A DNA stretch of 64,000 nt from a virus: IMG/VR virus record IMGVR_UViG_3300042698_000029, positions 1 through 64,000 of that record; one strand, 5' to 3'. Positions 44,098 through 53,100 of this stretch are shown here, in pieces. The notes under the pieces are model-generated. The model saw only the letters and a list, made by a program, of their open reading frames with translations. It made no database searches and was not told the origin of the DNA. A program made the translations under genes and the position numbers. Every line of letters begins with the position of its first letter. Within the stretch, counting starts at the first letter, position 1.

Positions 44098-44631
44098 TCA
44101 GAAGCGGTCCTCCGTCCATTCGACCAAGGGCGCTGCGACGGGGTAGGACACGACCACGAACATCCCTCCGGGGAGTTGCGAGGCCTGCATGCGGGTGCCG
44201 TCGCCCGGATCCACGGTCAGGACCGACCCGTAGAGGGCCCGGCCGCTCCAGGAGCGATAGGGGTGGACCCACAGACCCCGCGCCCGGAGTCTTCCGAGCA
44301 GTTCGACCGGTGGCCGGGGTTCCTCGTCGGCCCACATGCGGTGGGCGGTCATCAGGGCGCAGGCCGCCGGGTTGCAGCGCGGCATGCCGGTGGCATCGGG
44401 GTCCGGCTTGTTGAGGAGGGCGCACCGGACGGTGATGCCCTCGGTGTTGCGCCAGACCAGGCAGCCGCACGGGGTGAGTGCGTCGGGGGCTGAGTCGGTG
44501 TGCGAAGGCGTGTGGAAGTGGTACTCGGAGGGGCTCCACGATCCGCCGTGGGGCCGGAGATACCAAGAGCCCCGGAAAGTTTCCCGGATTCCGGAGCTCG
44601 TTGTTTTGTTCAGTTGAAACGTGTGTCCCAT
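44098..44631 (-). CDS. hypothetical protein (reverse-oriented within late operon)
   Basis: Start MGHTFQ; Cys/His-rich; ends near the bidirectional terminator. Confidence 0.5.
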   Translation of the reverse strand: MGHTFQLNKTTSSGIRETFRGSWYLRPHGGSWSPSEYHFHTPSHTDSAPDALTPCGCLVWRNTEGITVRCALLNKPDPDATGMPRCNPAACALMTAHRMWADEEPRPPVELLGRLRARGLWVHPYRSWSGRALYGSVLTVDPGDGTRMQASQLPGGMFVVVSYPVAAPLVEWTEDRF

Positions 44632-44851
44632 GTGTTTTTGACGGCGGAGGGTCGTCGGTTTGCTCCGCCGGGACCTCCCCTCTCGTACGGGCGGCGACCC
44701 TTCAGTGTTCGAAGAAGGAGCCCAGAATGGCAGGGGGCTCTCCTTGGAACGTACCGCCGAACCGCTGAGATCACGCTGCAAACGACTGTGACCGTGGTCA
44801 CGCGGTACGCCTGACGCAAATCGGGGCAAGCCGGTACGTAGACTGACTGAT

Positions 44852-45364
44852 ATGGACTTGTACCCCCCGGACTTCTCGACCGAACTCGGGAGACTTCGGG
44901 CACTCATCCCTGACGTCGACCAGAGCGACTTCAGTGACTCGGGGGAGCCCTCGTACCTCTTTTCGGATCAGCATCTGAACGCCTTCCTGGCGCTGTACGG
45001 GTCCAGCACTTCCCAGGTCGGCAAGATCAAGCGTGCCGCTGCATCTGCGCTGACCGCTATCGCCACGTCGGAAGCCTTGATTTCCAAGGTGATCCGCACA
45101 GAAGACCTCCAGACTGACGGCGCCAAGCTGGCCACGGCCCTTCTTTCGGCTGCCGGTCGCCTCAACCGCGAGGCGGAAGATGATGACGAACGGGCAGACG
45201 ACCTCGACGGCGGCGGGTTCGCCATCGTGGACTTCGAGCCCATGCCCCGCGACTACTTCGACAGCTGGTGGCGGGGGTTCCCGGGCAGCTGCGGGTGCGG
45301 CGGCGGTGGGTGCGGTAGCTGCGGGAACTACGGACACGGATCCGGATTCGGAAGGTGGCAGTGA
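44852..45364 (+). CDS. head-to-tail adaptor
   Basis: GRLRALIPD...FSDQHL.AFL...TEDLQTDG motif; position. Confidence 0.8.
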   Translation: MDLYPPDFSTELGRLRALIPDVDQSDFSDSGEPSYLFSDQHLNAFLALYGSSTSQVGKIKRAAASALTAIATSEALISKVIRTEDLQTDGAKLATALLSAAGRLNREAEDDDERADDLDGGGFAIVDFEPMPRDYFDSWWRGFPGSCGCGGGGCGSCGNYGHGSGFGRWQ

Positions 45365-45540
45365 TGCCCTACGACATCGTCAAGCGCAAGGGCAAGTTCT
45401 GCGTCGTGAAGGCCGACGACAACAAGACCATGGGCTGCCACGAGACCCGCGAGGACGCCCTCGATCAGCAGCGCGCGCTGTACGCGGCGGAACGCCGGAA
45501 GGGCCGCCGGGATTTGTCCTCGCCCGTCCGGCGCGACTGA
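45364..45540 (+). CDS. small phage protein
   Basis: MPYDI...CVVK...GCH.T...A..QQRALYA; TGATG coupling. Confidence 0.7.
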   Translation: MPYDIVKRKGKFCVVKADDNKTMGCHETREDALDQQRALYAAERRKGRRDLSSPVRRD

Positions 45541-45577
45541 ACACGACACTTCGGGCATACGGGCATACTCTGGTCTT

Positions 45578-46102
45578 ATGAGCCCGCTGACGAACCGACG
45601 CGCACTGGATCCCCGATGGTCGTGGCACCATCGGTCGGTCGCCGTCGGCCACATGCCGGGCGTCTGCGAGATCTTCCGGCGGACCGGCGACGTCAACGCC
45701 TACAACTGGGACCCCGCCACCGGGGAGATGACCGGCGGAGACCTGGTCCTTCTCTACCGGGGCCAGTGCCGTCTGACCGTGAACAAGGACTGGCGAGCGC
45801 GCATCAAGACTTCGCGCGGCGACACCGGCATCCAGCACGCGGTCCGCATCCAGGTACCGGTGCGTACTTGCCAGCCGATCCACGCCTACGACCTTTTCCG
45901 GATCGTGGACGCCCCCGCCGACCAGGAGCTCACCCACTACGTATTCCATATCCGCAACGTGATGCCGTCGACCAACTCATGGGTGCGCAACTGCCTCGGA
46001 GATGTGGACGTCGCTCACCCCAAGACGCTTCCCTCCCCGGGTACCGCCGAGGTCGTGGAAAACGTCATGGCTCCCGCTAACTGCAACTGCGGAGGTGAGT
46101 GA
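45578..46102 (+). CDS. head-to-tail stopper
   Basis: WDPATG...LYRGQCRL, VQVP pattern; position. Confidence 0.75.
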   Translation: MSPLTNRRALDPRWSWHHRSVAVGHMPGVCEIFRRTGDVNAYNWDPATGEMTGGDLVLLYRGQCRLTVNKDWRARIKTSRGDTGIQHAVRIQVPVRTCQPIHAYDLFRIVDAPADQELTHYVFHIRNVMPSTNSWVRNCLGDVDVAHPKTLPSPGTAEVVENVMAPANCNCGGE

Positions 46103-46515
46103 TGGCCCGGATCGACTTTCAGTACAACTACCGCGTCGCCGACAGCCGGTACCGCTACTACCCCGGAGGCACCCCCAGCGGGGCGTACGACGCGGGACTG
46201 ACGGCAATGCTGATCAACCACCTCAACCTGAGCCGCCGCGACCTGATCCTCAAGATGTCCAACCTGCGGCGCAAGTCCGAGGCGTCCGTCCGCCGTCGCA
46301 GCCGGGTCGACACCGGCGCCATGAAGCGGCAGGTGACCGGCACGGGGGACTTCGGAACGGACGTCCTCAAGATCAGTTTCGGCTGGGAACCGTTCGCACC
46401 CTATTACGCCCCATTCCAGGAATTTGGTACCAGAACGGGCATTACGCCCATGAACGCCGTCGGCTCCACCTACCTGGAAGCGTTGGCCGAGCTACGGCAC
46501 ATGGTGGGCGGATGA
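46102..46515 (+). CDS. neck / HK97 gp10-like protein
   Basis: VDTGAM...YAPFQEFGT...ITPM. Confidence 0.8.
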   Translation: MARIDFQYNYRVADSRYRYYPGGTPSGAYDAGLTAMLINHLNLSRRDLILKMSNLRRKSEASVRRRSRVDTGAMKRQVTGTGDFGTDVLKISFGWEPFAPYYAPFQEFGTRTGITPMNAVGSTYLEALAELRHMVGG

Positions 46516-46651
46516 GAGAGGGCCCGGCTCCCCCGGGAAAGGCTGGCCGGGCCCACGGCGCAGGACACGTTGCACCGGGAGGGTTCGCCAACCCTCCGCT
46601 GCACACCATGCCGTCTGCGGACGGTCCAGGCAAGGAGGTGAGTGACAGGTG

Positions 46652-47290
46652 ATGGATCTGGGACCTTGGCAGGACGACATCCTGAACCGGCTGGAGCAGG
46701 GCATGAACGCCCGCGTGTTCGCCGAGGGGATCCCCATGAACAGCCCGGCCCCGATCGACCCCACAGGACTCATCAAGCCCTTCATCGTTCTGTGGTTCGG
46801 TTCGCTCATCTCGCGTGACCCACTGTCGGAAGACCTGTGCGGCGGGGAGACCTCGGTGCGTGAGGCGGTCTTCATCGTCCAGTCCTTCGCAGGCAACGGC
46901 CGGGCCCTGCTGGCAGTGGAGAACGAGGCGCGCAAACTTCTCACGGGTTACCGGCCCGCCGGGCAGGGGCAGCTCTTCGAAGCGGGGTCGGCATCGGTCC
47001 GCGATCCCTCCAGCGTGGGTCTCGGCATCGACATCCGCTTCTCGAAGCAGAGCATGTGGCACGGCATGGTCAACGCGGGGACGTCCATGGAGATGGCCCT
47101 CTCCGGGTTCACAGCGGCCAACCGTCCGTGTTGCCCGAAGGGGCACCTGTACACGGAGGAGAACACGATCACCGAGAAGCGGGTGAGGCGGGACGGCACC
47201 CAGTCCCAGGCCCGCCGGTGCCGGGAGTGCGTGAACTCCAAGCGGGCCCGGCTGCGCGAAAAAGCTTCTCAGGAACCCACCAGAACGTAA
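46652..47290 (+). CDS. tail terminator with C-terminal HNH-associated Zn-binding extension
   Basis: KPFIVLWFG, LTGYRP; tail CPKGHLYTEENT...RRCREC. Confidence 0.7.
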   Translation: MDLGPWQDDILNRLEQGMNARVFAEGIPMNSPAPIDPTGLIKPFIVLWFGSLISRDPLSEDLCGGETSVREAVFIVQSFAGNGRALLAVENEARKLLTGYRPAGQGQLFEAGSASVRDPSSVGLGIDIRFSKQSMWHGMVNAGTSMEMALSGFTAANRPCCPKGHLYTEENTITEKRVRRDGTQSQARRCRECVNSKRARLREKASQEPTRT

Positions 47291-47320
47291 TATACAAAAA
47301 CAGGGTGGTAGCAGTTTTCT

Positions 47321-47349
47321 TTGACTTTTCCGGGTCGGGGGCCTAGGGT
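47321..47349 (+). promoter_or_regulatory. sigma70/HrdB-type promoter of HNH gene
   Basis: TTGACT-N17-TAGGGT. Confidence 0.7.
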
Positions 47350-47416
47350 GGACGCAAGAAGCCCCCGCGAGAGCTGACCTCCGGGGGCACGGACGAACTC
47401 AAGTAGGAGATCCGTC

Positions 47417-48175
47417 ATGCCTAAGCGTACCTGCTCCGTCGAGGAGTGCGACAAGCCCGTGAGGGTCCAGGGACTGTGCGCCACCCATGCCTACCGAATG
47501 CGTAGGCACGGCACGACAGACGGAACCGGTAAGTGGTTCCGGGGAACGCCGGAGGAGCGTTTCGTCCGTATGGTCGAAGTAGACGAAGTCTCGGGGTGCC
47601 ACGTCTGGACCGGAGCCCTTTCCGACGGGTACGGGTGCTTCAACTTGGGGGACGGGCAGAAGTCCTACCGAGCCCACCGGTTCTCTTACGAGCTGGTCCA
47701 CGGCCCGATTCCGGAGGGCCTCGTCCTGGACCACTTGTGCCGTAACAGGGCCTGCGTACGGGTGGAGCACCTCGAAGCCGTGACCAGCCGGGAGAACACC
47801 CTGCGCGGAGAGAACTTCAGCGCGGTCAACGCCCGAAAGACCCGCTGCCCCCAGGACCACCCGTATGACGAGGAGAACACCTACCTCACTCCAGACGGCG
47901 GGCGTCAGTGCAAGAGGTGCCGTTTTGAGGCAGTACGGGAGCAGCGGGAGTCCGAGGACTTCAAGGAGAAGCGGCGGCAGTACTACACGCCCTCCACGGG
48001 GGTTCGCGGACAGGGGGCCTACCAGAAAGAGCGGACCTCCTGCCCGCAGGATCACGAGTACACCGAGGCCAACACGATCATTGAGAAGCGTAAGAAGCCG
48101 GACGGATCCATTCGTGAGGTCCGCAAGTGCAGGGCCTGCGTGAACGCTTTGAAGGCTGCGCGACGAGCACGGTGA
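47417..48175 (+). CDS. HNH homing endonuclease
   Basis: CHVWTG...GYG...AHRFSYE...DHLCRNRACV..EHLE.VT..EN; two CPQDH.Y repeats. Confidence 0.92.
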   Translation: MPKRTCSVEECDKPVRVQGLCATHAYRMRRHGTTDGTGKWFRGTPEERFVRMVEVDEVSGCHVWTGALSDGYGCFNLGDGQKSYRAHRFSYELVHGPIPEGLVLDHLCRNRACVRVEHLEAVTSRENTLRGENFSAVNARKTRCPQDHPYDEENTYLTPDGGRQCKRCRFEAVREQRESEDFKEKRRQYYTPSTGVRGQGAYQKERTSCPQDHEYTEANTIIEKRKKPDGSIREVRKCRACVNALKAARRAR

Positions 48176-48197
48176 CCCATCCGTAGTACCCACCGCC

Positions 48198-48232
48198 AAG
48201 AAACCCCCAGTCAGCCGACTGGGGGTTTCTTT
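48198..48232 (+). terminator. Intrinsic terminator
   Basis: AAGAAACCCCCAGTC/GACTGGGGGTTTCTT. Confidence 0.8.
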
Positions 48233-48341
48233 ATGTCCGAATTGGTCGGTGCGTACGAAAGAGGGGCATTCCGCGTACTATGAGGTCGAAGTACCCATAG
48301 ATGAGGGTTAGACCTCCGGGACGCGCCCCCTCCAATTGGAG

Positions 48342-48893
48342 ATGATCACCATCGCCAAGAAGCTGCTACCCCCTAACATTACCATCTGGTGGGTACCTGA
48401 GGACCCCACCAGTACCCCACCGAAGCCCGGCATTGCGAACGTCAACGCGCCCACGGCTGCGGAGATCAACGCGGGTACGAACATCTCGTGTGCGATGGTC
48501 GCCGACTTCACCCTCGGGTGGACGGAGCGAGACACGGATGACTCGGCCGGTCTGTGTGACGACGCCAACGTGGCCAACCCGCTCCGCAAGAACTACGAGT
48601 CGACCCTCACCTTCTTCCTGGATGAGAACCGCACCGACTCGACGTCGATCTACAACAAGGTCCAGGACCTGTTCCAGGAGCCGCTTCAGCTGGGCTACCT
48701 GGTGCAGCGCATCCGTAAGAGCCCTGGAACGGTCGGTTCGCCCTCCGTGGCGGTCGCGGGCGACGAGGTCACCGTCTTCAAGTTCCTCTCCGGTGACCCC
48801 AACATCCTCAACGACCCGGCGGCCCCCATCCAGATGGAGGTCGTGTTCTACGCCCAGGGCGTCAGCTCCAACGGCATCGTCAAGGTCGTCTGA
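48342..48893 (+). CDS. major tail protein
   Basis: IANVNAPTAAEINAG..ISC, GYLVQR, AGDEVTVF; start uncertain (ATG 48342 or ATC 48351). Confidence 0.88.
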   Translation: MITIAKKLLPPNITIWWVPEDPTSTPPKPGIANVNAPTAAEINAGTNISCAMVADFTLGWTERDTDDSAGLCDDANVANPLRKNYESTLTFFLDENRTDSTSIYNKVQDLFQEPLQLGYLVQRIRKSPGTVGSPSVAVAGDEVTVFKFLSGDPNILNDPAAPIQMEVVFYAQGVSSNGIVKVV

Positions 48894-49023
48894 GCGCCCC
48901 TGAGAACGGGCCTGGAGCAGCCTCACAGCTCCTCACCGGCAGCGGCCTCCGTGGGCCCGCCGGTGGCCTGAAAGGGGCTCACAACCCCCGTGTAACCCCA
49001 GCACAACCCCCGGAAAAGGAACG

Positions 49024-49800
49024 ATGAGCACCCAGACCGACACCGAGATCGAGATCTCCGACTCGGCCCCCAAGACTCCGCCCACCCCGGCCCCGGCAGG
49101 CTTCCCCACCCCGCTCGGCTGGAACGCCCCCGACCGCGAGACGTTCTCCTTCGACAGCTACGTCCAGGGCCACTCCACCTTCCCCACCTTCGAGCACACC
49201 GTCTACCTCGACCAGGCCAAGGGCCTCGCCCTCCAGACCGCCATCGAGAAGTACGACGAGCTCGCCGAGAAGCGCGGGAAGCTGATCGAAGCGCAGGAAT
49301 CCCCGCGCTCGCGCAGCTCCTCCCTCGTCAGCGACTTCGCCGAGACCATCTCCGTCGACATCGATGAGATCGAGACGTCGATGCGTGCCCTGGAAACCGA
49401 GATGAAGGAGCTGGAGGAAGGCATCAAGAAGACCTCGATGACGCTGACCTTCCAGCTCGACAACATCGACAAGTTGACTTCCGTCGCCCGCAACGCCGAA
49501 CGTGCCTTCATCAAGAAGCACGGCAAGGGCCACGGAGACGACGACTTCAATCACATGTCGATGCGGGCCCGCTATGTCCTGCTCGCACAGTTGGACGAGT
49601 TCTGCATCGGGATCGTCTCCGCCAGCGGCAACCCCATCGAGAAGCCGGGTGCGCAGGGCTTCGCCGTCATGCTCGACCGACTCATCCCCTCCGAGTCGGT
49701 TCGCCTTCTCCAGGCCCTCAACAAGGGGCTCGACTCGTCCGCGACCTGGGCCTCGCGGATCGATGCCGGGTTTCCTGGCGGAGGCGCTGACCTGGGATGA
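49024..49800 (+). CDS. tail assembly chaperone (gpG-like)
   Basis: Between major tail and tape measure genes; AAGGA RBS. Confidence 0.8.
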   Translation: MSTQTDTEIEISDSAPKTPPTPAPAGFPTPLGWNAPDRETFSFDSYVQGHSTFPTFEHTVYLDQAKGLALQTAIEKYDELAEKRGKLIEAQESPRSRSSSLVSDFAETISVDIDEIETSMRALETEMKELEEGIKKTSMTLTFQLDNIDKLTSVARNAERAFIKKHGKGHGDDDFNHMSMRARYVLLAQLDEFCIGIVSASGNPIEKPGAQGFAVMLDRLIPSESVRLLQALNKGLDSSATWASRIDAGFPGGGADLG

Positions 49801-50176
49801 GAACTCCTGGGCCATCCCAGTACTGAAGACCGCCCGGTCCTGGAACGTTCCGCCACTGACTCTGTTCAGCGGCGAGAAGAGCGGATGGGACCTGGAGCAG
49901 AACCGCCTCTTGGCAGTGGCTCTGACGCTGTTCGAGGACGAGACGTGCAAGACGTGCGGCACGCCCGTGTGGCTCGGTCACTCCTCCAACAACGAAGTGG
50001 TCTTCGACGTCAAGACCTCCACCTGCTACGGGTGCGCGGAGATCGACAAGGCCAGAGAAGCGACCTCCAACAAGAGGTCAAAGCCCGGAGAGACGCACTA
50101 CGTGATCCCTCGCAATGTGTGGGAGGACGGCAAGCTCCCGGGCCGGTTCGAAGAGTACCAACGCGGTCTGACATAG
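49772..50176 (+). CDS. tail assembly chaperone frameshift extension (gpT-like)
   Basis: +1 frame ORF with W...P...W and CKTCG.P.W...CYGC, entered at GGG TTT CCT. Confidence 0.7.
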   Translation, partial: FLAEALTWDENSWAIPVLKTARSWNVPPLTLFSGEKSGWDLEQNRLLAVALTLFEDETCKTCGTPVWLGHSSNNEVVFDVKTSTCYGCAEIDKAREATSNKRSKPGETHYVIPRNVWEDGKLPGRFEEYQRGLT

Positions 50177-50198
50177 GGACCGGGAAAGACAGGGCGCC

Positions 50199-53100
50199 GT
50201 GGCAACACAGTTCGACGCTGTTGCCCGGCTGAGCGTTGACCTGCGGGGATTCGCTGCCGCCAGCCGGACCATGACGTCCCAGGGCGGACAGATGCAGAAG
50301 GTCTTCCGGGACCTTCACAACGTCCTCAACCAGGTCGACATCGTAGAGAAGCAGATGGCGGCCGACCTGCGCCGTACGCTGTCCGTCTTCACGGCGGCGG
50401 CCACGGCGGCGGCCAAGTACGCCCAGGCCGTGAAGGTGCTGGCGACCAACGAGGTCACGGCGGCCAACGGCGCCCAGAACATGTCGCGCGCCTTCGAGCA
50501 CCTGCGGACCGCCCTCTCCTCCATCACGGGCCTCAGCGAGAAAGAAGCCGCCCGCCTCCAGCGCACTCTCGGTCTGTACAACCAGATGGCCTCGGCCCTG
50601 CTCAAGGTCAACCAGGCGACGGCTCTCGCCGCCAAGACCACCCAGCAGGCCGGACAGGCAGAGCAGCAGCGGCTGTTGAATTCGGAGCGCCTGGCTGCGG
50701 CGGCTCTGCGTACCGAATCCGCCCAGGCCCGGCTGAACCAGCAGCTGGAACGTCAGCGGTCCATTACGCAGCAGGCGACGGCCGCGCAGACCCAGTTCGG
50801 GACATCCCTGGGCAACACGGGGCGCCTTACCCTCGCTCTGCGCGCCGACCTGTCCGAGCTGGAGCAGGCGTACCGCAAGCTCGTCTCGGGCATCACCCAG
50901 TCGGCCACCGCGTCCATCAGTGCGGCCATCTCTCATGAGGCGGCTTTCGCCCAGGTCATCCGTGTCACCGGAGAAACCGGCAAGGCCGGTGAGGCGATGC
51001 GTAAGGAGTTCGAGAAGCTCACCACCACGCTGCCGGTGTCCTTCGAGGAGCTGGCGAAGATCGGTCAGCTCGCTGCTCAGACAGGTGTCGCCAACGACCA
51101 GCTGATCCGGTTCTCCGACACCGTGGTCCGGTTCTCCGTCACCACGGGTATCGCGTCGGACCAGGTCACGGTGCTGTTCGCCCGTATCGCGGACATGCTG
51201 GACCTGCCGACCAACCAGATGAACAACTTCGCGTCCACGATCCTCAAGCTCGGTACGATCTCGGCCGCCACCGAGAATGAGATTCTGAAGGTCACGCAGT
51301 CCATTGCCTCGGCCGGTCGCGCCTTCGGTCTCTCCACCGAGGAAATCGCCGGTCTGTCCGGGGCGCTGGCCTCCCTGCGTATCCCGCCGGAGTGGTCGCG
51401 CGGTTCGGCGACCCGCATTTTCCGCGACCTCGACAACGCGGCCAACGGCGCCGGAGAGGGCATGAAGGTGCTGGTCGAGGTGCTCGGCATGAGCGCCGAC
51501 GAAATCACCAACCTGCGGCGCAACGACCCCGGCACGTTCTTCCTGAAGTTCGTGGAGGGGATGCAGCAGTTCACCCGCGAGGGGCAGCTGGCGGCAGGCA
51601 CCACCCGGACCATCACCGACGTCATGTCGGACCTCGAAATCAACGCGGTCCGAGACATCGACTTCATCACGCGCCTGGCCAACAACTTCGGCACGCTGAA
51701 GACGCAGACCAACGAAGCCTTCCTGGAGTTCGCGCGGGGAACCGAGCTGACGCGGCAGACCGAAATTGTCTTCGGTACCACGCGGCAGAACATCGACAAC
51801 CTCAAGGACGCTTTCGAGACCTTCATCGCCAAGGCGGGCTCCCCCTTTGCGAAGATCTTGGGGCTTGTCGCCGACCGGCTCACCGTGGCCATCGAGGCCT
51901 TCCAGGAGTTCGGACCCGTCGGCAAGGCGGCCGTCAGCGTCCTTATCGGCATGGTGTCCGTAGGGGCAGCTGTGGCGGCGGCCATCGGTCTGTACCGTAT
52001 GGCGCTGATCAGGACGGCCCGCAGCGTCATCGCCTTCAATCAGGTTCAGCGGGACATGAACGGCCAGGCGCTTAACGGCCGCAACGTGTGGCGTCTTTAT
52101 CGCGAACAGCAGGAGCAGACCCGTCAGTCGGTAGCGTCCAATGCCGCCGCGCAGCGGGAGGCAGCCGCGTCCACGGTTGCGGCTGGACGTGCCACCAGCC
52201 AGTCGGCGGCGGCTACTTCTCAGGTGGTGGCGTCCACCAACGCCGCTGCGGCGGCCACGGGGCGCCTCTCCAGCCAGCTGAGCTCTTCCATGACCCAGTA
52301 CAACCGGGTGACGGCTGCAACTACCGCCCAGGCCGCCGCGCAACGTTCACAGCAGATCGTGCAGAACCAGGCCAGCCGGGCGGTGGCGACGTACGCCGCC
52401 GCATGGACACAGACGGAGCGCGCCCTTCCGAGGGCCACTGCGGCGATTCGCAACGGTACCGCGTCCATGCAGCAGCAACAGCAGGTTTCCCGGTCGGTGG
52501 TCCAGGCCCAGCAGGCCATCGCTTCGTCTGCGGTCCGTACGGCAGATGCCCAGCTCCAGATGGGTATCGCCCAACGGCAAGCAGCGGCGAGCAGTGCCGC
52601 TGCTGCGGCTGGCAGCCGGGGTGTCGCAGCTTCCGCCATCGCGGCGGGTGTGGCGGTGCGAGGAGCCGCTGCGGCCATGAGTGTCTTCAGGCTGGCGCTG
52701 ACCTCCATCGGTATCGGCATCGTGATCACCGCGCTGACTTCGCTGTACTTTGCACTGACCCGGACGAAGGACGCGACACAGGAGGCGGCACAGGCGGGCT
52801 TCGACGCGGCCGGTGGCATGACGGCCTTCGGCGACGCGGTGCGGAAGGACCAGGAGGCCATTTCCAACGGATCGCGGGTCATCGCTACTTACACGGCAGC
52901 GGCCAAGGACCTGTCACTGGAGACTCGGGAGCGCATCAACGCACAGCTCGCGGCGGCCCGGCAGGAGCAGGCCTTCATTGAGGCCGTAGGCGGATCCGTC
53001 GAGGCGCTGAAGGAGCAGGCCAAGGGAACCGGCGCGTCCGCCCAGCAGGCGCAGGGGTACGTCAAGCGCTGGCTGGCCGCTGACGACGTCATCAAGAAGC

